DNA of 64,000 nucleotides, from assembly GCA_965222345.1 (NCBI GenBank), contig CBDCTS010000004.1, positions 641,625-705,624 on the forward strand. The letters are read 5' to 3'. Positions 1-8,730 of the stretch are shown one piece after another; the stretch's first letter is position 1; the number at the start of each line of letters is the position of its first letter. The DNA is from Terriglobia bacterium. GTDB taxonomy: Bacteria > Acidobacteriota > Terriglobia > 2-12-FULL-54-10. Below the pieces are notes generated by a model that worked only from the letters and a program-made list of their open reading frames with translations, searched no databases and was not told the DNA's origin. The position numbers and the translations under genes are program-made.

Positions 1-621
1 TGGCGCGAACTGGCGCACCTGATGGCGACGACGGACCGTGGTGTCGACTTCATCACGATCGACGGAGGTGAAGGGGGTACGGGCGCTGGACCGCTGGTCT
101 TTACCGATCACGTTGCATTGCCATTCAAGCAGGGTTTTACTCGCGTCTACCGGGAGTTTGCCGAGGCCGGTATTCAAAACGACCTGCTGTTCATCGGCTC
201 AGGAAGGCTCGGTTTTCCGGAGCACGCGATTCTGGCATTTTCCTTGGGCTGCGACATGATCGCGGTCGGGCGGGAAGCGATGATGGCTGTTGGATGCATC
301 CAGGCCCAGCGGTGTCATACGGGGCATTGCCCGACCGGTGTGGCCACTCAGAATCGTTGGTTGATGCGGGGACTGGATCCCACCCTGAAATCCGATCGCC
401 TTGCGAACTATATCGCAACGCTCCGCAAAGAACTCCTGTCTGTGGCGTCCGCCTGCGGGGTGAGTCATCCTGCTCTGCTGACCGACGAGCACATTGAAAT
501 CCTGGACGGCCGTTTTGGCAGCGCCCCTCTTTTCGGCGTTTTTAATTATCAGACGGGCTGGGGCCTGCCCTCGTCCGCGGAGCGTGAGAAGATCGAGCAG
601 ATCATGGGAGGCCAGTCCTGA
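1..621 (+). CDS. Glutamate synthase family protein (GltS FMN-binding domain), 5' partial; upstream part lies outside the window
   Basis: ORF 22..621 is in frame back to position 1. Contains DGGEGGTGAGP and the C-terminal GltS-domain motif CHTGHCPTG. Confidence 0.8.
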   Translation, partial: WRELAHLMATTDRGVDFITIDGGEGGTGAGPLVFTDHVALPFKQGFTRVYREFAEAGIQNDLLFIGSGRLGFPEHAILAFSLGCDMIAVGREAMMAVGCIQAQRCHTGHCPTGVATQNRWLMRGLDPTLKSDRLANYIATLRKELLSVASACGVSHPALLTDEHIEILDGRFGSAPLFGVFNYQTGWGLPSSAEREKIEQIMGGQS

Positions 622-650
622 GTGCCCAAAACCGTGGAAAAGGGCGCTCA

Positions 651-678
651 TATACTTGACGACCTGTCGTCAAGTATA
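651..678. repeat. Perfect inverted repeat (13-bp arms, 2-bp spacer) 30 bp after the gltS-like stop
   Basis: Read directly: tatacttgacgac-ct-gtcgtcaagtata. AT-rich stem with no following T-run, so not a classic terminator. May be a protein-binding site or an IS110 target palindrome. Confidence 0.6.
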
Positions 679-680
679 TA

Positions 681-1033
681 AGCGCGGATTCATCTGAACG
701 CGAACCGGTCCGTGGGTTCCAGGCCTTGACGCATATTCTGATCGAGCTTGCCGATTGGTTCCGGTCCTGTGGTATCGAAACCGTCGCCATGGAATCGACA
801 GGCGTTTAGTGGGTTCTGCTATACGCGATTCGCCTGGTTAATGCCCGCCATGTTCAAGAGGTCCCTGGGCGGAAGAGGGTTCTGGTACAGACAGCCAACG
901 GGGATTGGCAATAATGGGATATGGCGCATCGCAAAACTAAACGGAATCCTCTATTTGCTGGACGTTAGTTCGAAGACGACATCATTCTCCTCTGCCTTCG
1001 CTGGTATTTTCGCTTCAAACTGAGCTGCCGAGA
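681..1033 (+). pseudogene. IS110-family transposase remnant (5'-truncated, in-frame stop and frameshifts), cut off by the IS3 element at 1034
   Basis: Translation ..REPVRGFQALTHILIELADWFRSCGIETVAMESTGV*WVLLYAIRLVNARHVQEVPGRK carries the IS110 N-terminal motifs VAMESTGxYW (broken by TAG) and NARHVKxxPGRK. A later frame gives GIWRIAKLNGILYLL. Confidence 0.5.
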
Positions 1034-1074
1034 CTGACCAGGCCGATTTTTTGTACCAGTTGTTGTGAGAGAGT

Positions 1075-1917
1075 TTACATGACAGCCTGTGGTTGTGAAA
1101 CTAGCTTTGGGGGAGGGAATGGATTACAGGCCCCCGGCGCCGGGGGCCTGTAATCCAGCGCCGAGTGCGGCCGCACCGTGTTGTACTGAACTCTCCACCC
1201 CTCGATTACGATCTGGGCCTCCTTCAACGAGTAGAAGATTTCTCCGTTCAGGCATTCATCCCGCAACTTCCCGTTAAAACTTTCGCAGTATCCGTTCTCC
1301 CAGGGGCTGCCTGGCTCGATGTACAGGGTTCCCGTCCCCAGATTCCCCAGCCACTGGCGCAACTTCTGGGCGACGAACTCCGGACCGTTGTCGGATCGAA
1401 TGTGTTCCGGGATGCCTCGCCATAGCATCACCTCCGACAACGTCTCGCTCACCTCTAGGCTGCCCATCCTTCGCTCCACTCGGATCGCCAGGCATTCCCG
1501 CGTGTACTCGTCCAGCAACGTCAGCAGCCGCAGCGTTCTTCCGTCATGGGTCCTGGCGCTGACAAAGTCGTAACTCCATACCTGGTTGGGCCGCTCCGGC
1601 CTTAGCCGCACGCAGGAACCGTCGTTGAACCACAACCGTCTTCTTGGCCTTTGTTTTTGCGGCACTTTCAGCCCTTCCCGCCGCCAGATCCGCTGTACCC
1701 GGTCCTTGCCTACTTGCCAGCCGCCATTCCGCAGCAGCGCTGTGATTCGCCGATAGCCATACCGCCCGTACTGCATCGCCAGTTCAATCACCGCTCGGGT
1801 CAGTTCATCCTCGTCTGGCCGATCCATCGGCTCGTACCGTTGTGTCCCTCGCCATTGCCCCAGCAGCCGGCAGGCGTGCCGTTCCGATATTCCATACTGT
1901 TCCCGTGCACGCCCCAC
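1075..1917 (-). CDS. IS3-family transposase OrfB (DDE integrase core). Probably expressed as an OrfAB fusion by a -1 frameshift
   Basis: rve-domain motifs: WSYDFV, LDEYTRECLA, RSDNGPEF, WENGYCESFNG. Confidence 0.85.
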   Translation of the reverse strand: MGRAREQYGISERHACRLLGQWRGTQRYEPMDRPDEDELTRAVIELAMQYGRYGYRRITALLRNGGWQVGKDRVQRIWRREGLKVPQKQRPRRRLWFNDGSCVRLRPERPNQVWSYDFVSARTHDGRTLRLLTLLDEYTRECLAIRVERRMGSLEVSETLSEVMLWRGIPEHIRSDNGPEFVAQKLRQWLGNLGTGTLYIEPGSPWENGYCESFNGKLRDECLNGEIFYSLKEAQIVIEGWRVQYNTVRPHSALDYRPPAPGACNPFPPPKLVSQPQAVM

Positions 1918-1940
1918 CGCACAACGCCGCCGCTCAGGGC

Positions 1941-2219
1941 TTAGAAGTTTCCTTCCGCTACGTCCTTCAAAACTTGCTTCTCCAGCGATAGCTCGGCTAC
2001 CAGCCGCTTCAGCCGCCCGTTCTCCTTCTCCAACTCCTTCAGCCGTTTCGCTTGCTCCCGTTTCAACCCGCCGTATTCCTTCCGCCAGCGGTAGTAGGTC
2101 TGCGTGTGTATCTCTGCTTCCTTGCAGGCCTGCGGCGCCGTCTTCCCGTTCGCCATCTGCACCTCAATCTGCCGTAGGATCGTTACGATCTGCTCTGGTT
2201 TGTAATTCCGGATTGGCAT
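1941..2219 (-). CDS. IS3-family transposase OrfA (HTH)
   Basis: 92 aa with YYRWRKEYGGL and a leucine zipper, typical of IS3/IS911 OrfA. Confidence 0.85.
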   Translation of the reverse strand: MPIRNYKPEQIVTILRQIEVQMANGKTAPQACKEAEIHTQTYYRWRKEYGGLKREQAKRLKELEKENGRLKRLVAELSLEKQVLKDVAEGNF

Positions 2220-2502
2220 GACCTGACTTCCTCCTCAAGTGGATTCTCTCTCTTTCCACTTGGTACAAAAAGGGCCGGTCAGGTCAGTATGAGTTCGCCC
2301 ATCAGATCGCGGCTCGCCGCGATCCGATGGACCTGCAAAGCCCGCAAGACTCACCCTGACCTTGGTACAGTAATCCGGGGCCCCTCATGATTCCGGTCTA
2401 CGTAGACTAGGAGGAGAGCGCCTACAAGGGGCACTTCGAGTCTACTTACTATCACCCCCTGCTACTGTTCAACTGACCTGCCCCCGGTTGTTGGTCCACT
2501 TT

Positions 2503-3357
2503 TTATGTTAGTCCATAAGCCGTTGCAGCCGGGTGGAGCGGAGCGGAACCCGGCCGTAACGGCAGGATCGCTTCCGGGGCTGGCGGCCGGTAGCCTAACG
2601 CGCTGTGCGGGCGAACTTTGTTATACTCCCGCCGCCATCCCTCAATCAACACCTTCGCTTCCTGCAAGGTGTAGAAGATCTCCCCATTGAGAAACTCGTC
2701 TCGAAACTTCCCGTTCAACGATTCTACATACCCGTTTTCCCATGGGCTCCCCGGCTCGATGAACAAGGTCTTTACCCCTACCCGCTCCAGCCAGTTCCGA
2801 ACCAACCGTGCTGTGAACTCGGACCCGTTATCCGAGCGAATGTAATCGGGAACTCCTCGCTCCACAAACAAGGCTGCCAGCCGTTCCAAGACACTCATCG
2901 AATCAGCTCGCCGTTCTACGTCGATTGCCAAACATTCTCGCGTGTACTCATCCACCACCGTCAACATCTTCAGGGGACGACCATCCTGGGTTCGATCTGC
3001 CACAAAATCGTACGCCCAGACATGATCCCGCCAGCACGGTCTTAACCGAAGACACGACCCATCGTTCAACCACAGGCGGCTTTTCCGGGGTTGTTTCTTC
3101 GGCACTTTCAGTCCCTCCTGCCTCCAGATTCTCTCCACCCGCTTATGGTTCACCCTCCACCCCTCCCGTCGCAACAGCGCCGTGATTCGCCGGTAGCCGT
3201 ATCGACCGTACTCGCCGGCTAACTGCAGCGTCCGGGTCACCAGTCGCGGTTCATCCTGTGGTGTCAAGGTTCGATGCCGCTGGGTGGATCGGTACTGCCT
3301 CAGCACTCGACACGCCCGCCGCTCCGACACTCCCAAGGTCTGACAGACACGCTCCAC
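2503..3357 (-). CDS. IS3-family transposase OrfB (element B copy 1)
   Basis: 284 aa rve-domain protein: WAYDFV, RSDNGSEF, WENGYVESLNG. Confidence 0.85.
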   Translation of the reverse strand: MERVCQTLGVSERRACRVLRQYRSTQRHRTLTPQDEPRLVTRTLQLAGEYGRYGYRRITALLRREGWRVNHKRVERIWRQEGLKVPKKQPRKSRLWLNDGSCLRLRPCWRDHVWAYDFVADRTQDGRPLKMLTVVDEYTRECLAIDVERRADSMSVLERLAALFVERGVPDYIRSDNGSEFTARLVRNWLERVGVKTLFIEPGSPWENGYVESLNGKFRDEFLNGEIFYTLQEAKVLIEGWRREYNKVRPHSALGYRPPAPEAILPLRPGSAPLHPAATAYGLT

Positions 3358-3380
3358 TGCCTGCCTCCGTCGGCACGGGC

Positions 3381-3659
3381 TTAGAAGTTTCCCGAGGATG
3401 CCTCCTTCAGAATCGCAAGGTCCAACGCCTGATCCGCTACCAACTTCTTCAGTCGGCCATTCTCCCGTTCCAGTTCCTTCAAACGCCTCACCTGATCAAC
3501 CCGCAAGCTCCCATACTCCTTCCGCCATCGATAATATGTCTGCTCCGTGATTCCCAACTTCCGACAGACCACTCCCGTTGTCTGGCCCTTAGCCAGTTCC
3601 ACTTCTGCCTCTCGTAGATGTCGGATGATCTGTTCGACCGTATACCGCTTCTTAGCCAT
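3381..3659 (-). CDS. IS3-family transposase OrfA (element B copy 1)
   Basis: 92 aa: YTVEQIIRHL..YYRWRKEYGSL, leucine zipper. Confidence 0.85.
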   Translation of the reverse strand: MAKKRYTVEQIIRHLREAEVELAKGQTTGVVCRKLGITEQTYYRWRKEYGSLRVDQVRRLKELERENGRLKKLVADQALDLAILKEASSGNF

Positions 3660-3737
3660 CCTTCCCCCTTTTTCAAGTCCAGTTGAAACCCTTTACTCTA
3701 ACTTATCAACTGGACCGTTTTTGGGGGGGCAGGTCAC

Positions 3738-4196
3738 ATAGGGTGCGCCTGAAACTACCTGCATTGCCTCATCGCTCCTGCGATAACGTCCAGGGTCTTT
3801 CAGATCCTTGCGGCCTTTGAGCAACATCTGATGCCACCGGAACAACTTTTCGTCGGAAAGAGGTTCCGCGAACGATCGGTAGAGATCCACCATCATCTCT
3901 GCGATGCCTTGCTCCGCCGCTCCCACCGGCCGGTCATCGGTAGCCACGCCAAGCTCTTTTCGAACCGATGATTGAACGCTGGCCCTGTCCAGAATCTCCC
4001 CTTCGATTTCTGAAGTGGTCAGCGCTTCCAGGCTGATAGCCTCAATGGTGAGCCGCTCTTGATCTATCGCGTCGAGGTGCTTGATCGTACCTACGAACAT
4101 GCCGCTTCCTATCAGGAAGTGCTCTTCCGCCTTTCTCAGGAGGGAGTGATCCCAGGAGAAGACGGGCCAGTCCGGTTTTTGCCAGTTCCACGGCAT
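3738..4196 (-). pseudogene. Fic-family protein N-terminal fragment (DUF4172-like MPWNWQKPDWPVFSWD), truncated by the IS3 insertion at 3737
   Basis: ORF 3693..4196 starts with the typical Fic N-terminus but its last 15 codons read into the IS end. No Fic motif before the break. Confidence 0.6.
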
Positions 4197-4226
4197 GAGC
4201 GATAGAAGTTTCTTCTATCGCTCATG
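4194..4226. promoter_or_regulatory. Perfect 15-bp-arm palindrome overlapping the start codon of the Fic fragment; candidate operator
   Basis: catgagcgatagaag-ttt-cttctatcgctcatg read directly. AT-rich putative promoter region follows at 4227..4330. Confidence 0.5.
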
Positions 4227-4472
4227 ATAATTTATATTTATGATCTATAGCAAGGGTTTCTATCGATCATCAGGCCTGGATTGCGTCTCATCTTTCACGT
4301 CCCGTTTCACACGCACTTTTGCTCATGGCGATGCGCAGCTTTCCAGGTCCGATCATGATGTCTAGGGGCAGATACTCGATCCGCCGCGCCCCCACATCAA
4401 GAGCCGTCAGGATCTGGATACGGCGTGCTGACCGGGCCCGAAACTGGGTCTCGAAGGGGGGGTAGCTCCCAT

Positions 4473-5366
4473 CTACCTCGCAGAACCCTGCGCGGCAGCA
4501 TCCACTTCCCCCGGAGGCAAGGAAGAGAATACGGGAGCGGCTTCGTTATTGAGCGACAGACTGACGATGGGCGCCGTGGAGGTGACCTCGAGCGATCCGC
4601 TAAAGCTCGTGAGATCAAACAGGTCCACCATATTCTGCGCATCATGCCCTGCGGGCAACAGGGTCCGAACGACGCTGGCCAGCATCCGCCCATCCGCGTC
4701 CTTGGCGGTAAAGGTGACGAGGGCTGATGTGGCGGATGGGTTGGCATAGGCAACTCCGGTCCCAAGCTGATCCTCTCCCTGTTCGGCAAAGGTGACGAAG
4801 CGAGTGGCCGGAACGGTTGCCGCATTGACTCCGGCTTCTCCCGTGGGCAACCCTTCGCTGTTGCGCCGACGATAAAGCAGGCTGGCCTTCACCGGCCCCG
4901 AGCAGGTAGCCCGTGCCCAGCCGGGCGAAAGCGGAGCGTTCAGCTCCACGTTGGTCTCCTCGTGAATCGACCAGCCGGGCGGCAGATCGTCGGTCCGGTC
5001 GACCACCGTTCCCCGTTCCGGAAACGAAACCATCAGCGGAGCTCCGTCATCGGAAAGGAACTCGGTCCCGCAGCTCACCTCCTGTGCGGAGTAGTTGATA
5101 TAGGTGATGGTGGTTTGCCAGCCCGCTCCCACGGCCAGATGCGGGAAGTAATAGGTCGTCGTTCCCTGCGCGTCAGCATCCACCTCACCCGGAGGCAAGG
5201 AGGAGAATACCGGAGCGGCTTCGAAGTTCAGCGACAGAGTGACGATGGGCTCCGTGGAGGTGGTTTCGATCGATCCAGTAAAACTGGGAAGACCAAACAG
5301 GGGCGCCATCTCGCGCACCATGCCAGGCCGCAGTTGCCGCCCCGCAAATTGGGCCTCGAAGCCCAC
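4473..5366 (-). CDS. Hypothetical internally repeated protein, probably truncated or frameshifted at its 3' end
   Basis: Two about 45-aa repeats (LPSFTGSIETTSTEPIVTLSLNFEAAPVFSSLPPGEVDA / LTSFSGSLEVTSTAPIVSLSLNNEAAPVFSSLPPGEVDA). The ORF stops early in repeat 2, and an N-terminus-like FETQFRA motif continues in another frame past a G7 tract at 4455..4461. Confidence 0.45.
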   Translation of the reverse strand: MGFEAQFAGRQLRPGMVREMAPLFGLPSFTGSIETTSTEPIVTLSLNFEAAPVFSSLPPGEVDADAQGTTTYYFPHLAVGAGWQTTITYINYSAQEVSCGTEFLSDDGAPLMVSFPERGTVVDRTDDLPPGWSIHEETNVELNAPLSPGWARATCSGPVKASLLYRRRNSEGLPTGEAGVNAATVPATRFVTFAEQGEDQLGTGVAYANPSATSALVTFTAKDADGRMLASVVRTLLPAGHDAQNMVDLFDLTSFSGSLEVTSTAPIVSLSLNNEAAPVFSSLPPGEVDAAAQGSAR

Positions 5367-5470
5367 CTTGCAGCGGCGGAGCGGTCAGGACGGGCTGCGG
5401 CCGCGCGGTTCACTTGGGGAATTTCTGCTGCAGCCAGTAGTGGTCTGGCGCTTGGTGTCGGGAAAGAAGC

Positions 5471-6043
5471 CTAATTTACTGTAATGTCGACAATGTCGTA
5501 TTCAGAAGATCCCCTATCCTCCCAGTTGTTTAGCCGAGATAAAGGGATTGCAATCAATTGATCTGTTGACTCCTCGCGCGGCGTGAGAAAGGCTGGTATA
5601 TTTAACGTGTCGACTCGCTCCGGGTTCTGCAATTGTGGTAGAGAGATTTCGTCCACGTAGACAAGCACAAAGACTTTCCCCTCTCTCGTCTTGTGAATTT
5701 CTGTGTCAGCGGTTCCAACCTTCGCTCCGAGGGTGACATCGCCAGCGGCTTGCTCGGACGGGTCGCTCAGTGACCAGGGCGTTGTGAATCCGAATACACC
5801 ATTGGGCAGTTGGGAGATTCTCATATTTTCTTCCAACGGACTTAACACCCGAACTCCATGTGTTTCCCTGAGACTCTCCCGATTCGCCCCAATGACAATG
5901 GCCTCGGGAGTCCGAGGCGGTCCGATGAGGAGTGAAATAAACGTAACGATGGTGATGATCGATGCTAGAAGCCCGAGGGCTAAAACCAGGTGATTCCTAA
6001 CCCAAAGCGTCCACTCATAAAACCATTGCATTGTTGCCTCCAT
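5471..6043 (-). CDS. Hypothetical membrane-anchored protein (N-terminal TM helix)
   Basis: 190 aa; hydrophobic segment LVLALGLLASIITIVTFISLLIG. No recognisable domain. Confidence 0.5.
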   Translation of the reverse strand: MEATMQWFYEWTLWVRNHLVLALGLLASIITIVTFISLLIGPPRTPEAIVIGANRESLRETHGVRVLSPLEENMRISQLPNGVFGFTTPWSLSDPSEQAAGDVTLGAKVGTADTEIHKTREGKVFVLVYVDEISLPQLQNPERVDTLNIPAFLTPREESTDQLIAIPLSRLNNWEDRGSSEYDIVDITVN

Positions 6044-6418
6044 TAAAAACGGAATATCCTGCTAGTGTGTCGATCTTGGCCCCAAGAATCTCGATCACGT
6101 CGTCAGAAGTGATGGGGTTATCTGGGGTTGCCATGCGGAGCCTCCTTGGGGGGCAGGTCGAACAGTTGGCGGTCGCGATCCCGCTCCAGGAAGGCATCGA
6201 GGATTTCTTTGAGATGCTTCGCGGAGACGGGGTCTTTGGCGGCGCGGTCGAGCACACAGGCACCGGCGAGGATCTTGCGCCTGGTGCCGCGCGCGCGGTC
6301 GCCTTCGTCCACGGATGGTCGCCGAGGGGATTCGCCGGTCACGATCGGTCACCCGATACGAACCAGATCCCGCCAGGGGGCGGAGCCCCCTGGACCCCCG
6401 AGGTAAGGAGGTGAGGAC

Positions 6419-7714
6419 TCACGGGGTGAGCGTCCGGGCCACACGGAACCCGTAGTTGCTGTCGCGTTCGCCGGTGGAGTACCCTCTGCGGTCGGCCGAA
6501 TTGTGGCCCCTAAAGCTGTTCCAGGAACCGCCGCGCAGGACGCGATCCCCGCAGTCCCCGCCGCTGATCCACGCCGTCCCGTCGGTCGGCGCCCCCGCGT
6601 AGTTCTCATGCCAACAGTCTTCCACCCACTCACTCACGTTGCCCACCATGTCGTGCAACCCGAAATCGTTGGGGACATACGAGCCCACAGGCGCCGTCCA
6701 TGCCACGCCGTCCCCACAATCGTTGTACCAAAAATCAAACATGGCGGCCTGCATCATCACCCCCGCCGCCGCCCTAAGACTGTGGTCGGGGCCATTCGCA
6801 TATCTACACATCTCATCGTCGTCGTTCCCCCAGGTATAATCCGTCGTCGTCCCCGCTCGCGCCGCATACTCCCACTCCGCTTCGCTCGGCAGCCGGTAGT
6901 CCTGGCCCGTCTGCTCACTCAGCCACCGCGCATACGCTTGCGCATCCTCCCAGATCACGCACACCACCGGATGGCCGTCCCCCTGCTCGAAGCCTGGATC
7001 GCTCCACGACCCGTCATCGGTAACCTGTAACACACGCTCATCAGGGTCAAGTGCGTAGCCCCCCCCCCCGATACAATCCGCACTCATCGTGTGCCGCGTC
7101 GCCACCACGAACGCCGCATACTCCTCTCGCGTCACCTCATACTTCGACAACGCGAACGACGCCACCCTCACCTCGTGTACCGGCAGTTCGTCGTCTTTAC
7201 AATACCGCCCCGACACGCAGCCCATCCGGAACCGCCCCGCCGGTATCACCACCATCTCCGGCGCGCCAGCGCGGGCGGCTTGGCCCAGCAAGTCCTCTAG
7301 CGATTCCCTGGATTCGATCAGCATTGTCAATGCCGTCTGGTAATGCTCGCCCTCCTGCCCCGCCAGTGTCAGGTACCGCGTCAGCTCTTCGACCGCGGCC
7401 TCATACAGTCCGAGCTGTTGCAACACTTCCGCGTATTGAAAATAAAAAACATCCGGGATCTCCAGGCCGTGGTCCTGCCTCAGCATCCGGATCTGATCCA
7501 GCGTTTCCTGCGCCCCTTCAAAGTCTCTTTCTTCAAGCCGTTGTTCCAATTGCTCCTCGTAGAGATCCGCTTGAATCTCCGGAGGAAGCTGCACAGCCAA
7601 GGCTTGATCGGAAGGCGCCGCCAAAAGCGCCCAAGCTAGCAATACAGCGACCGGCAAATACGTCCGGTTCACCCGCCAGGAACCGTGTAATCGCTCCGCA
7701 ACAGTTCGTTCCAT
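6419..7714 (-). CDS. Secreted formylglycine-generating-enzyme (FGE-sulfatase/SUMF1) domain protein with an N-terminal helical module
   Basis: Start set at MERTVAE (GGAGG RBS upstream; signal peptide LPVAVLLAWALLAAPS). C-terminus carries RVLRGGSWNSF and GFRVAR, hallmarks of the FGE-sulfatase fold. Confidence 0.85.
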   Translation of the reverse strand: MERTVAERLHGSWRVNRTYLPVAVLLAWALLAAPSDQALAVQLPPEIQADLYEEQLEQRLEERDFEGAQETLDQIRMLRQDHGLEIPDVFYFQYAEVLQQLGLYEAAVEELTRYLTLAGQEGEHYQTALTMLIESRESLEDLLGQAARAGAPEMVVIPAGRFRMGCVSGRYCKDDELPVHEVRVASFALSKYEVTREEYAAFVVATRHTMSADCIGGGGYALDPDERVLQVTDDGSWSDPGFEQGDGHPVVCVIWEDAQAYARWLSEQTGQDYRLPSEAEWEYAARAGTTTDYTWGNDDDEMCRYANGPDHSLRAAAGVMMQAAMFDFWYNDCGDGVAWTAPVGSYVPNDFGLHDMVGNVSEWVEDCWHENYAGAPTDGTAWISGGDCGDRVLRGGSWNSFRGHNSADRRGYSTGERDSNYGFRVARTLTP

Positions 7715-7752
7715 TTGTCTGCCTCCAGGTGGACAATATCGTTGGAAAGCCT

Positions 7753-8529
7753 TCATCGTGCAGTCACGATAATTTCCGCACTTGAACCAGCCCCGCCGCG
7801 GTGCCGCCAGCTCTGTGTCTCGACGTTTTCGCCTTCGACGCGAATCTCGCCTGTGTTCGCATCGGCGTAGGAACAGTTTCCCTTGCGTCCCGTGCCGTTG
7901 ATGGCCTGCAACTCTACGGAATAGCGCTGGCCCGCCCTGACGTCAATCACATTGCAGGCCCAGTCGTTGTCGATCTCGCCCGAAAAAACCATGCGGCCGT
8001 CAACGGTAACGCTAATCCTGTCGCCGTCCTCGCATTCATGGTCCCGGACGCAAATCTGCAGGTCAGCGGAATCGCCGCTGATCCGCAAGTTGAAGTCCTG
8101 AATGTCCGTGTTCGAAAAGTCGTCTGGCGCCCAGTGCGTCTCGATGAGACCTCTACCATAGATCTGGCGGTCAAGATCCATATCCCTATCAAGCTGGCGT
8201 GAAGCGGCCTGCGGAGTCCCTTCGAAATAACAGAACTGATCGAAAAATAAATCAAATTCAGAATCGCTACCGTATTGGTCCCTGAGGAAATCGCGGAACG
8301 CGTTCTCATATCCAAGGGTGAAGGAGTAGTCTCCCAAAAACACCGCCGTGTAAAACGCGCGTATGCCACCGGGATCGACCGGCAATGTCTCCTTAAAGAC
8401 GCACCAAATATGGTCGTCGTCATTGGCGAGGGCAGCGGGCTGCAGGGCAACGGGCTGCGCAATCAGAAGGACCAGTAGTGTGGTAAGGATAGTGGCAAGC
8501 AGTGCAACATTCAGCTGTTTTACAGACAT
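7753..8529 (-). CDS. Secreted hypothetical protein (signal peptide)
   Basis: 258 aa; N-terminus MSVKQLNVALLATILTTLLVLLIAQPVA. No recognised domain. Confidence 0.55.
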   Translation of the reverse strand: MSVKQLNVALLATILTTLLVLLIAQPVALQPAALANDDDHIWCVFKETLPVDPGGIRAFYTAVFLGDYSFTLGYENAFRDFLRDQYGSDSEFDLFFDQFCYFEGTPQAASRQLDRDMDLDRQIYGRGLIETHWAPDDFSNTDIQDFNLRISGDSADLQICVRDHECEDGDRISVTVDGRMVFSGEIDNDWACNVIDVRAGQRYSVELQAINGTGRKGNCSYADANTGEIRVEGENVETQSWRHRGGAGSSAEIIVTAR

Positions 8530-8730
8530 GGCAATTCCCTTCTTTGTTGTTGTATTGACGTATGGGTTGAAAAGGACAGAATTAATCGTAGCTTGATCCT
8601 CTCGAGCGCCGAACCGGTGTCGCGGTCGCCGGAGGTGTACAAGCTGCGGCTGGCCGAACGGAGGACCCGCGGAATTGTTGCCCCAGGCACCGCCTCGCTT
8701 GCGGCAAGATATGCTGGTAGGTGCGGGGCG

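Larger units (their letters stand above)
1034..2287 (-). mobile_element. IS3-family insertion sequence (element A, about 1254 bp) with imperfect terminal inverted repeats
   Basis: Left end ctgaccaggccgattttttgtaccag; right-end reverse complement ctgacctgaccggccctttttgtaccaag. Contains an orfA/orfB pair. Confidence 0.8.
2474..3737 (-). mobile_element. IS3-family insertion sequence (element B, copy 1, 1264 bp). IRs TGACCTGCCCCC..../....GGGGGGGCAGGTCA
   Basis: Ends defined by alignment with the identical second copy at 33496..34759. All six-frame ORF translations of the two copies are identical. Confidence 0.85.

Noticed and set aside
4397-4825. Numerous long overlapping or antisense ORFs (e.g. 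4397..4825, 6503..7030, 7051..7785, 9394..10071, 13445..14140, 20633..21067, 36147..36740, 44368..45318, 46128..47333, 48915..49481)
   Set aside because: These are typical spurious frames of about 65-70% GC DNA. They lie antisense to or overlap strongly supported genes and have low-complexity Arg/Pro/Ala-rich translations.
6015-6342. Small ORFs between the membrane protein and FGE genes (82 aa and 74 aa, overlapping)
   Set aside because: They are mutually exclusive frames with no RBS or motif support. Left unannotated.
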